From contig JADLBK010000175.1 of assembly GCA_020847755.1 (NCBI GenBank), positions 1 to 61,090 of the forward strand: a stretch of 61,090 nucleotides of DNA, given 5' to 3'. The position numbers were made by a program, and so were the translations under genes. Below, piece by piece: positions 1-6,817 of the stretch. Every line of letters begins with the position of its first letter. Position 1 is the first letter of the stretch. The notes below the pieces were generated by a model, which saw nothing but the letters and a program-made list of their open reading frames with translations, was not told where the DNA came from and ran no database searches. This DNA is from Flavobacteriales bacterium. GTDB taxonomy: Bacteria > Bacteroidota > Bacteroidia > Flavobacteriales_F > PHOS-HE28.

Positions 1-327
1 CCCGGCGCGGCCTCCACACCACCTGCGGAAACCCCGGTTGTCGGATGCAGCAGCACTAGCACCGGGATAAACCCGCCTCGACCTGCTCAAGGCATAAGCA
101 TACGACCATTGAACGCAGGTCTGGAGATCATCGTGGCCGATGGTCTCAAGGCTCAGGAATTCAGGATCAGGAACTCAATGGGCGGCATTGTCACCAACTC
201 CGCAGTGCCCACAGCGACAGGCGCGCTGGTCGACTTGGCCGGTTTGAGTTCTGGCCTTTATGTGGTCGAGCTCGTTTCCGGAAGCAGGCGCTTTGCGGAG
301 CGCTTTATTCATTCGGCTTCCCGATGA
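1..327 (+). CDS. 3' end of a secreted protein with a type IX secretion (T9SS/Por) C-terminal sorting domain; the 5' end lies outside the window
   Basis: Frame 1 is open from base 1 to TGA 325-327. The last ~70 aa (..LVDLAGLSSGLYVVELVSGSRRFAERFI..) look like the CTDs of the other T9SS cargo proteins in this window. Confidence 0.6.
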   Translation, partial: PGAASTPPAETPVVGCSSTSTGINPPRPAQGISIRPLNAGLEIIVADGLKAQEFRIRNSMGGIVTNSAVPTATGALVDLAGLSSGLYVVELVSGSRRFAERFIHSASR

Positions 328-470
328 GCCCCTATTATGCGGCGGCGCGGTTGTGGCTGGATGCCATCATCGATCCGCTGGATACGAGGACGTGGATATC
401 GATGGGGATCGAGGCAGCGGCACAATCGCCAGCTACTCGGGAGTTCAATATGGGGGTCTTGCAGACATGA
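324..470 (+). pseudogene. 48-codon ORF matching only the extreme C-terminus of an acyl-CoA carboxylase carboxyltransferase (beta) subunit, MCCase-beta-like (copy 1); either a gene relic or an independent mini-ORF
   Basis: Translation is MSPYYAAARLWLDAIIDPLDTRTWISMGIEAAAQSPATREFNMGVLQT*. This has the carboxyltransferase C-terminal pattern (..ARLWxDxIIDPxDTR..G.....). No upstream carboxyltransferase sequence is present, and the ATG overlaps the preceding stop (ATGA). Confidence 0.5.
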
Positions 471-823
471 AAGCTCTCCTGTTCTTTAGTCTCATTGCAG
501 TTGTCGGCTGGCCTGGCGAGAAGCGGACGTTGCAGCCATGCGCATGCCCTCAAGCCATCTCTGCTTCCTCGGACACGCTAATGACCTTCACGCTTGGCCG
601 GTATGCGCTGCACAACGTCAGTAAGAAGGAGGGCATGGAACTGAGCACTTGCCTATCGCTAAAGGCAGGAATGACCTTCCAACTGGATAGTGCGTTCTAT
701 CGATCACTTTGTGCATGCAGCACGAAGCGTCATTGCTTGAAGAAGGTCAGGCTAATGACGCCCGACCCATTAGGTGCCCCTTCGAGCGATGTGGGCCTCA
801 TACTGGAGTATGAGGAACGTTAA
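467..823 (+). CDS. small hypothetical protein with an N-terminal hydrophobic signal-like segment
   Basis: ATG 467 overlaps the TGA of the mini-ORF (ATGA). The 118-aa product starts MKALLFFSLIAVVGW. The segment is visibly more AT-rich than its surroundings, and I recognise no family. Confidence 0.35.
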   Translation: MKALLFFSLIAVVGWPGEKRTLQPCACPQAISASSDTLMTFTLGRYALHNVSKKEGMELSTCLSLKAGMTFQLDSAFYRSLCACSTKRHCLKKVRLMTPDPLGAPSSDVGLILEYEER

Positions 824-838
824 CATGGTTCAGAGTTA

Positions 839-957
839 GGTTCTTTGGGCGTGCCCCCTCGCAGAGCCTCGGGGTCCGGCCATCCGCTGTACTCCTCGCT
901 AGTTCCTCGCTGCCGGGTGCCGCTGCTGTCCGTCACGCGAAATGCGGGTTCACCGTT
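839..957. repeat. 119-bp interspersed repeat R, copy 1
   Basis: About 95% identical by hand alignment to 1753-1871 (gttctttgggcgtgccccctcgca.agcctcggggtccggccatccgctgtactcctcgct.gttcctcgctgc.gggtgccgct.ctgtccgtcacgcga.atgcgggttca.cgtta). Confidence 0.85.
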
Positions 958-968
958 ACCTTAGTGCC

Positions 969-1169
969 ATGGCCAAGCGCACCGACCTCCTTGACAAGAA
1001 GAAAGTCCTGAAGTCCATCCGCAGCATGCCCGACAAGTTCAGTGTGGATGATGTGGTGGACCGCATGATCATCCTGGAAAAGCTCGAGCGCGCCATCGCG
1101 GACAGCGAAGCGGGGCGCACCTTCACCCTGGCCGAAGCGAAGAAGCGCCACGCCAAATGGCTGAAGTAG
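969..1169 (+). CDS. type II antitoxin (small helical, acidic; partner of the RelE/ParE toxin)
   Basis: The 66-aa product is MAKRTDLLDKKKVLKSIRSMPDKFSVDDVVDRMIILEKLERAIADSEAGRTF.. It overlaps the downstream toxin gene by 13 nt. The alternative start at 942 lies inside repeat R, so ATG 969 is preferred. Confidence 0.7.
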   Translation: MAKRTDLLDKKKVLKSIRSMPDKFSVDDVVDRMIILEKLERAIADSEAGRTFTLAEAKKRHAKWLK

Positions 1170-1486
1170 TCTTCTCAGCTGAGGCGATCAGCGACATCGA
1201 GGAGATCCACGCCTACATCGCACAGGATTCCGCCCGTTACGCCGATCGGCAAGTACAACGGTTCTACGAAGAAGCTGAACGGCTGGCGACCTTTCCCCGC
1301 GGAGGACGAATGGTCCCGGAGGTCGAACACTATACCGTGCGTGAACTCATCATCGGCAACTACCGCATGATGTATCGACTGTTGGAACTGGACATCGTGG
1401 AGGTCATGATCATCCACCACGCCAAACGCAGATTCCCGTTCGGACGCATCCTTCCCGGAAGGTCAAGTCGTACCCGTCGCAAATGA
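1157..1486 (+). CDS. RelE/ParE-family type II toxin (plasmid stabilisation system protein)
   Basis: The 109-aa product (..AISDIEEIHAYIAQDSARYADRQVQRFYEEAERLATFPRGGRMVPE....RELIIGNYRMMYRL..DIVEVMIIHHAKR) has the typical ParE/RelE layout. It is coupled to the upstream antitoxin. Confidence 0.85.
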   Translation: MAEVVFSAEAISDIEEIHAYIAQDSARYADRQVQRFYEEAERLATFPRGGRMVPEVEHYTVRELIIGNYRMMYRLLELDIVEVMIIHHAKRRFPFGRILPGRSSRTRRK

Positions 1487-1533
1487 TCCGCAGCAAGCTT
1501 CATGGTCCCGCCTTAGCGGGATACGAGGACAGC

Positions 1534-1752
1534 ATGAGCCCCTACTATGCTGCGGCCGGTCCCGGGCTTGACCCGGGATGGCTGGATGCGATCATTGATC
1601 CGCTGGAGACGAGGATCCCGCCGAGGCGGCGGGACAGGCTGTGGATCAGCATGGGCATCGAAGCCACCTTCGCGAAGACGCTTCGGCGGCTGAAAGCGGC
1701 GAGTCAGTGCCCGGCGACGCGGGAGTTTATTATGGGGGTACTCCAGACGTGA
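1534..1752 (+). pseudogene. 72-codon carboxyltransferase C-terminus-like ORF, copy 2 (longer, with three in-frame insertions relative to copy 1)
   Basis: Translation is MSPYYAAAGPGLDPGWLDAIIDPLETRIPPRRRDRLWISMGIEATFAKTLRRLKAASQCPATREFIMGVLQT*. Homology to 324-470 starts at exactly the same ATGAGCCCCTA. Confidence 0.5.
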
Positions 1753-1871
1753 GTTCTTTGGGCGTGCCCCCTCGCAAAGCCTCGGGGTCCGGCCATCCGC
1801 TGTACTCCTCGCTCGTTCCTCGCTGCGGGGTGCCGCTCCTGTCCGTCACGCGAGATGCGGGTTCAGCGTTA
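1753..1871. repeat. 119-bp interspersed repeat R, copy 2
   Basis: About 95% identical to 839-957. Here it directly abuts the stop of the mini-ORF. Confidence 0.85.
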
Positions 1872-1892
1872 ATGGTATACATTCGTTAGGCG

Positions 1893-2798
1893 ATGAGGCG
1901 GATGGTCTATGGGTTGTTAGCGATTCTGGTGTCTTGCACCGACATCGCAGCACAGACCTATATCCCACTCTTCGGCGACACCACGCGTATGTGGACATCG
2001 ACCATTTCCGGCTCCGCCGAGGGTGACTGTCTCGATACGTGGGTGACCACACACTGGATCGATGAAGACACCGTGATTGACGGCACGACGTACACCAGGG
2101 TCCGATCGCGCGAACGACACTACGTAACACCCTTGATGGACTGGTGCCAATCTGTGACTGAGTATCCGGGCCAGGATACCTATGTCAGGGAGGTAGGCCA
2201 TGCGGTTTTCGCTCGTTCGGACTGGTCAACGGAATCACTGATCTATGATCTGGACGCCGTGGTGGGCGATACCATACCCTATCCGATCAATGCCTACGAA
2301 AATGGTTCCGGCTGGCATGCGATCGTGGTGCAGGTGGATTCGATCCTTGTCAATGGCACCTACCGCACCCGACAAACCGTGAGCGATGGTCCCAATGAAG
2401 GGGACACGGTCCGGGTGATCGAAGGAATCGGTGCTACAACGGCGCCGTTCGGATTTCTATCACAACAGCTGGGACTATCACATTTCGGTCGGCTCGACTG
2501 CGTCAGGGAGTCTGGTCAAGTGATATTCGGAGATACCTGGTGTGAGCTGATCACAGGTATTGCGCCAACTGTTGTCCGCCGACAATCGGCGCCCTTCCCG
2601 AACCCTGCAACGGATCATGTGACCTTCGACGAAAGGTTTACGACGTACAAGATCACGGATGTCTACGGTCGAACCGTGATCCAGGGGATCGGCAACCATG
2701 CGGACGTATTGCGATTGCCCTCAGGCACATACCTTGTTCGTGGTTGGGATACACAAGGCATCATTGTCGGATCGTGGCCGATGGTGGTTCAACCCTGA
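1893..2798 (+). CDS. secreted protein with signal peptide and T9SS C-terminal sorting domain
   Basis: The N-terminus is MRRMVYGLLAILVSCTDIAAQ. The C-terminus is ..APFPNPATDHVTFDE....ITDVYGRTVIQGIGNHADVLRLPSGTYLVRG.., a canonical Por CTD. Confidence 0.8.
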   Translation: MRRMVYGLLAILVSCTDIAAQTYIPLFGDTTRMWTSTISGSAEGDCLDTWVTTHWIDEDTVIDGTTYTRVRSRERHYVTPLMDWCQSVTEYPGQDTYVREVGHAVFARSDWSTESLIYDLDAVVGDTIPYPINAYENGSGWHAIVVQVDSILVNGTYRTRQTVSDGPNEGDTVRVIEGIGATTAPFGFLSQQLGLSHFGRLDCVRESGQVIFGDTWCELITGIAPTVVRRQSAPFPNPATDHVTFDERFTTYKITDVYGRTVIQGIGNHADVLRLPSGTYLVRGWDTQGIIVGSWPMVVQP

Positions 2799-2808
2799 CC
2801 TGTCCAGA

Positions 2809-3000
2809 TCACCGGTTGAACCGGTCACCCTTCCAATTCGCTGGGTTGTCTGCGATATACCGCGCAATGCGGTCATGCGATGCCGCGTCGCGGATGATGG
2901 TTTCGTAATACCCACGTTGCCAAATCGGGGTGCCGCGTGGCATCAACCCATCGCGTATGGCCTGCCGTGAAACGGCGGCCTGTCGAACAGTTCGTGCCGC
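2809..3000 (-). pseudogene. 3' fragment of a REP-associated tyrosine transposase (RAYT / IS200-like Y1 transposase) paralog
   Basis: The reverse frame gives ..RQAIRDGLMPRGTPIWQRGYYETIIRDAASHDRIARYIADNPANWKGDRFNR*. This parallels the C-terminus of the RAYT at 3503-4235, and no HUH-containing N-terminal part is present. Confidence 0.65.
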
Positions 3001-3013
3001 CCATCTTTGCATC

Positions 3014-3502
3014 ATGTTCATCCGTGCCTTAGTCGCCATCCTGTCGTTCACCCTCGGTGTCACCTTAATCGCGCAATCCGACACCGTAACTGTGCGGATC
3101 ACGCACGCGCCGGGCTGCGACACCACGCTCACCCTTGCGCGGCTGCGGCAAATGCCCGTGCATTCCGCCATTGTCACCTCCCACGATGGGGAACAGGCCA
3201 CCTACGAAGGCGCGCTGCTCTGGGATGTGGTCGCGGCGGGCTGCGCGTCGGTGCCGGCATCGACCAAACGCGACCGCATCGGCATGGTGGTGCGGATCGA
3301 TGCCGCTGATGGCTACCACGCCGTGATCGCCCTGATGGAGGCCGACTCCAGTTTCCGCGAACGCCCCGTGCTGCTGTGCTGGCGAAAGAACGGGGCCCTG
3401 CTGGACGGGCACGATGGCCCCTTGCAGGTGATCGTCCCCGACGATCGGCGCCATGCCCGCAACGTGCGTCAGGTGCGACGGCTGACGATCATGGCACCGT
3501 GA
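3014..3502 (+). CDS. small secreted protein with an oxidoreductase molybdopterin-binding-like domain
   Basis: MFIRALVAILSFTLGVTLIAQ is a signal-like N-terminus. DGYHAVIALMEAD...LLCWRKNGALLDGHDGPLQVIVPDDRRHARNVRQVRRLTI resembles the PF00174-type Moco-binding fold. The start is taken at the internal ATG 3014. Confidence 0.55.
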   Translation: MFIRALVAILSFTLGVTLIAQSDTVTVRITHAPGCDTTLTLARLRQMPVHSAIVTSHDGEQATYEGALLWDVVAAGCASVPASTKRDRIGMVVRIDAADGYHAVIALMEADSSFRERPVLLCWRKNGALLDGHDGPLQVIVPDDRRHARNVRQVRRLTIMAP

Positions 3503-4235
3503 TCAACGGTTGAACCGGTCCCCTTTCCAATTGGCGGGGTTGTCACGGATGTATTTCGCAATCCGTTCGTGTTCGCCGTCATCACGGATCACGCGGTCCC
3601 AATAATTGCGTTGCCATACGGGCGTGCCCTGGGGCAACAACCCATCGCGGTACGCGATGTCGCACGCCGCCAGAGCGCTTTGGCGACGGCGCGCGCGTAA
3701 CCGCGGATTTGTACGACGCCACGATCTGGCCCAATGCACCACGGGGGATGCCCGGCGGTTTCCGCGGATCCCTTAGGGGCGCGTCATGACGCGCCCGTGT
3801 GTGTGGGCCATGCGCGTTGGCCGTGTCGGGATCACCGCCGGGCATTCCGGTTCCGGGATCATTGGGCATGGGGTCGTATGGATCGATCACATCGCCGGGC
3901 GCGTACGCATTCGTATCGGGCGCATCCACCGCACCAATGCCGGGCGCGTCCACCAACCGTTCCCGGATCACCACGATCCCATGCACATGGTTGGGCATCA
4001 CCACGAATTCGCCCACATCAACATGCGGCATGTGATCCGGTATCGCATCCCAACATTGTTGGGCCAATTTGCCGATCGCCGATGGATGCATCACACCATC
4101 CGCAATTCGCCCGAACCAATGGCGCCTGTCATCGGTGCAAATGGTCAGGTAATAGGCGCCCTGTTGGGCGTGATCGTATCCGGGTCGTCGAATGGTGTGG
4201 CGTTTCGGTAGGTCGGCCATGTCCCCACGCGCCAT
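3503..4235 (-). pseudogene. REP-associated tyrosine transposase (RAYT, IS200/IS605-like Y1 HUH transposase), split by a -1/+1 frameshift near 3690-3697
   Basis: The N-terminal frame gives MARGDMADLPKRHTIRRPGYDHAQQGAYYLTICT...VVMPNHVHGIVV (HUH motif) ...GALGQIVASYKSAVTR. The C-terminal frame gives ..RRRQSALAACDIAYRDGLLPQGTPVWQRNYWDRVIRDDGEHERIAKYIRDNPANW (catalytic Tyr region). The frames switch inside a (CG)4 run. Confidence 0.75.
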
Positions 4236-4330
4236 AGCGCTTTGGCGACGGCGCGGCATGCCGAATTTCGGCAACACCGGCTGAATACATCCGAACCATG
4301 GGTGTCACCACCCCATGCCACCAGAACGAC

Positions 4331-4357
4331 AAAGCCCCGGCTCATCGCCGGGGCTTC
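4331..4357 (-). terminator. stem-loop downstream of the cold-shock gene
   Basis: AAGCCCCGG-ctcatcg-CCGGGGCTT forms a hairpin. On the minus strand it is followed by TTTGTCGTT. Confidence 0.55.
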
Positions 4358-4381
4358 GCTCTTGGTGCGAGAGGGAGGACC

Positions 4382-4573
4382 TCAGGCGCGGGTCACGTTG
4401 ACCGCGTTGGGGCCTTTCGGGCTCTGCTCCACGTCGAAGGTGACCTTGTCGCCTTCGCGAATGGGCTCGCGCGTCCCGGTCTTGTGCACGAAGAGGTCCT
4501 TGCCACCCTCATCCGGGGTGATGAAACCGAACCCTTTCTCCGTGTTGAAGAACTTCACTGTACCGCTTGACAT
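4382..4573 (-). CDS. cold-shock protein (CspA family, CSD)
   Basis: The product MSSGTVKFFNTEKGFGFITPDEGGKDLFVHKTG.... contains the RNP1/RNP2 motifs KGFGFI and VFVH-like, and is 63 aa long. Confidence 0.95.
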   Translation of the reverse strand: MSSGTVKFFNTEKGFGFITPDEGGKDLFVHKTGTREPIREGDKVTFDVEQSPKGPNAVNVTRA

Positions 4574-4716
4574 TGTACTGACTGGTAATGTGTCGCCTTT
4601 CGGTCGACGTGTTGATCCCCGGCAAAACCACCGGGGCATTGATGCCGCAAAGGTCGAGCATTCCGGGCTGCGCCCGACGATCGGCAGGAAATAAAGGCGG
4701 AGCCACAGCGGGACGG

Positions 4717-5580
4717 TCACTCGACCACGAAGCGGGTGCGGAGCAGCCCCCGCTCCCCCCGCAGCCCCAGCGCGTACACACCCGGCGCCCACCCGGCCAG
4801 CGCCACCGATCCGTCAGGACCCAGGGGGCCGGAATGCACCACCGCTCCGTGGGCATCGGTGCACTCCACGGTCCACTGGCCGCGGGGAGCCTGCACCTGC
4901 ACCCGCTCCGAGGCCGGCACGGGGAACACCTGGAGGTCGTGCTCACTTCCATGCTCGGCCATGCCGATGGTGCCCGGTGTCACGCAAACAGGGATCAACG
5001 CACCGGAAGGCGTCCGTCGGCTCCACAGCATCGTGCGCGGCTCGCCGCAGGCGGGGTCGGTGAAGATCGGCGTGGTGGCGAAGGCCAGCGCCACGAAGCA
5101 GTACGTGCTGTCCTCATGGAACGGCTGCCCGGTGAACGCGCTCACCGCGGACTCGAGCTGTGGAAAGATGTCCGTGTTGTGCAGCGTGATCGGCCCTACG
5201 AAGCAGCTGTCCGGGCCCTGTGTGAACAGGGCGGTCGCCGCGTCGACGGTATCCACCTTGTCCATCAGGGCCAGCGCCTGTGCGCGCTGCAGGTCGGCCA
5301 CGACCAGGTCGAGGCTGTCGTCCGCGTGAGCGGGGCTGCGCAGCTCCATGATCAAGTAGCCTTGGAAGCGCCACATCGGGTCGGGGGTGGGATCCACCGG
5401 AACGAAGGCCTCGACATAGCTGCCATTGACGTTGTTGGAACCGGGCGGATCGGTGAGCGTGAACGTGAGGGCCGTACCGGAACGCCCGACGAGCAGATCG
5501 GGAGCGTCGGGACCCAGGATGGTCTGGGCCGGGCAGGCCGCCGCGGCCAGCAGGGCGGGGATGATGAGGGTGCTGCGCAT
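4717..5580 (-). CDS. secreted protein with T9SS C-terminal sorting domain
   Basis: A signal peptide (MRSTLIIPALLAAAACPAQ) starts at the internal ATG 5580. The C-terminus is ..LQVFPVPASERVQVQAPRGQWTVECTDAHGAVVHSG...GVYALGLRGERGLLRTRFVV. Confidence 0.75.
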   Translation of the reverse strand: MRSTLIIPALLAAAACPAQTILGPDAPDLLVGRSGTALTFTLTDPPGSNNVNGSYVEAFVPVDPTPDPMWRFQGYLIMELRSPAHADDSLDLVVADLQRAQALALMDKVDTVDAATALFTQGPDSCFVGPITLHNTDIFPQLESAVSAFTGQPFHEDSTYCFVALAFATTPIFTDPACGEPRTMLWSRRTPSGALIPVCVTPGTIGMAEHGSEHDLQVFPVPASERVQVQAPRGQWTVECTDAHGAVVHSGPLGPDGSVALAGWAPGVYALGLRGERGLLRTRFVVE

Positions 5581-5741
5581 GGGGAGGGGAATCGGATACA
5601 CGAACCTAGGCCGGTCCTGTCGGCCGCGCATCGCCCTTCCTCGCCCGGGAGCGTCCTTTCCTGCCCGAGCTGCGGATCGGACCGGGTGCGATGGTCCTTG
5701 GGATGCCGTTGTCGTACTTCGCGATCACCATTCACGCGTAC

Positions 5742-6806
5742 ATGTCCCCCTCCCCTCGAACCCGCAGTGGCCTGGATCCGAAACAAAGCGGAACAGAGCC
5801 CGTGAAGCTCCTCTCCGGTGGCAACCCACAGATCCCCAAGGGCGATGGCGATGCGCCGGTGCAGGCCTACATCGCGGCGATGCCGGGGTGGAAGCGCGCG
5901 GTGGGTGAGCACCTGGATGCGCTGATCGAGCGGCACGTGCCGAAGCTTCGGAAGGCGGTGAAGTGGAACTCGCCCTTCTATGGCGTCGAAGGCCAGGGCT
6001 GGTTCCTCTCCACGCACTGCTTCACGCAGTTCGTGCGGCTCACCTGGTTCCAAGGGCAGGCGCTGAAGCCGATGCCTCCGGGCCCCAGCAAGGACCCCCA
6101 CGCGCGCTACCTGGACATCCGCGAGCATGGCATTGAGGACGAACAGCTGCTGATCGGCTGGATCACGCAGGCCGCCGCGCTCCCCGGCTGGGTGAGCCAC
6201 GCGCAGCAGGACGCCTCGATCAGCGCCACCAACCCCAAGGTCGAATGGTTCTTCGCGAAGGAGGGCAAATGGAAGGCCTGTTTCACCGCCCTGCGCGAGC
6301 TGGCCTTGCAGAGCGGCCTCACCGAGGAGCTGAAATGGGGCCATCCGTGCTACACGCTCAACGGGAAGAACGTCTTCCTCATGCACGGCTTCAACGAATA
6401 TTGTGCGCTGCTCTTCCACAAGGGTGCGTTGTTGAAGGATGATCACGGCATCCTGATCCAACAGACCGGGAACGTGCAGAGCGCGCGGCAGATCCGGTTC
6501 ACGAGCGAGCAGCAGATCGCGAAGCTGGCGCCGGTGCTGCGCGCCACCATCCGGCAGGCCATCGCCGTGGAGCAGGGTGGGAAGCAGATGGTGCTGAAGA
6601 CGACCGCGGAGGTCGTCATGCCTGCGGAATTCGCCAGGGCCCTGAAGCAGATGCCGGAGCTGAAGAAGGCCTTCCAGGCCCTCACGCCCGGGCGGCAGCG
6701 CGGCTACCTGCTCTTCTTCGGCGGCGCCAAGCAGAGCGCCACGCGCGAGGCCCGGATCGCCAAGCACGTGGACCGCATCCTGGCGGGCAAAGGGCTGCAG
6801 GACTGA
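5742..6806 (+). CDS. fusion protein: DUF1801 (YdhG-like) domains plus a YdeI/OmpD-associated C-terminal domain
   Basis: It contains ..AYIAAMPGWKRAVGEHLDALI...AVKWNSPFYG.., a second WGHPCYTLNGKNVFLMHGF module, and a C-terminal ..AFQALTPGRQRGYLLFFGGAKQSATREARIAKHVDRILAGKG. Confidence 0.7.
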   Translation: MSPSPRTRSGLDPKQSGTEPVKLLSGGNPQIPKGDGDAPVQAYIAAMPGWKRAVGEHLDALIERHVPKLRKAVKWNSPFYGVEGQGWFLSTHCFTQFVRLTWFQGQALKPMPPGPSKDPHARYLDIREHGIEDEQLLIGWITQAAALPGWVSHAQQDASISATNPKVEWFFAKEGKWKACFTALRELALQSGLTEELKWGHPCYTLNGKNVFLMHGFNEYCALLFHKGALLKDDHGILIQQTGNVQSARQIRFTSEQQIAKLAPVLRATIRQAIAVEQGGKQMVLKTTAEVVMPAEFARALKQMPELKKAFQALTPGRQRGYLLFFGGAKQSATREARIAKHVDRILAGKGLQD

Positions 6807-6817
6807 ACACTGACCCC

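Noticed and set aside
839-1871. Integron gene cassettes, with repeat R acting as attC sites
   Set aside because: A GTTAGGT core-like sequence occurs next to copy 1 only. I could not find matching RYYYAAC/GTTRRRY core pairs in both copies, and no intI integrase or attI is in the window. The idea is unsupported rather than excluded.
3503-4277. Programmed ribosomal frameshift in the RAYT gene
   Set aside because: There is no slippery heptamer or downstream structure typical of programmed frameshifting. The frame change sits in a (CG)4 tract, which fits a mutational or sequencing indel better.
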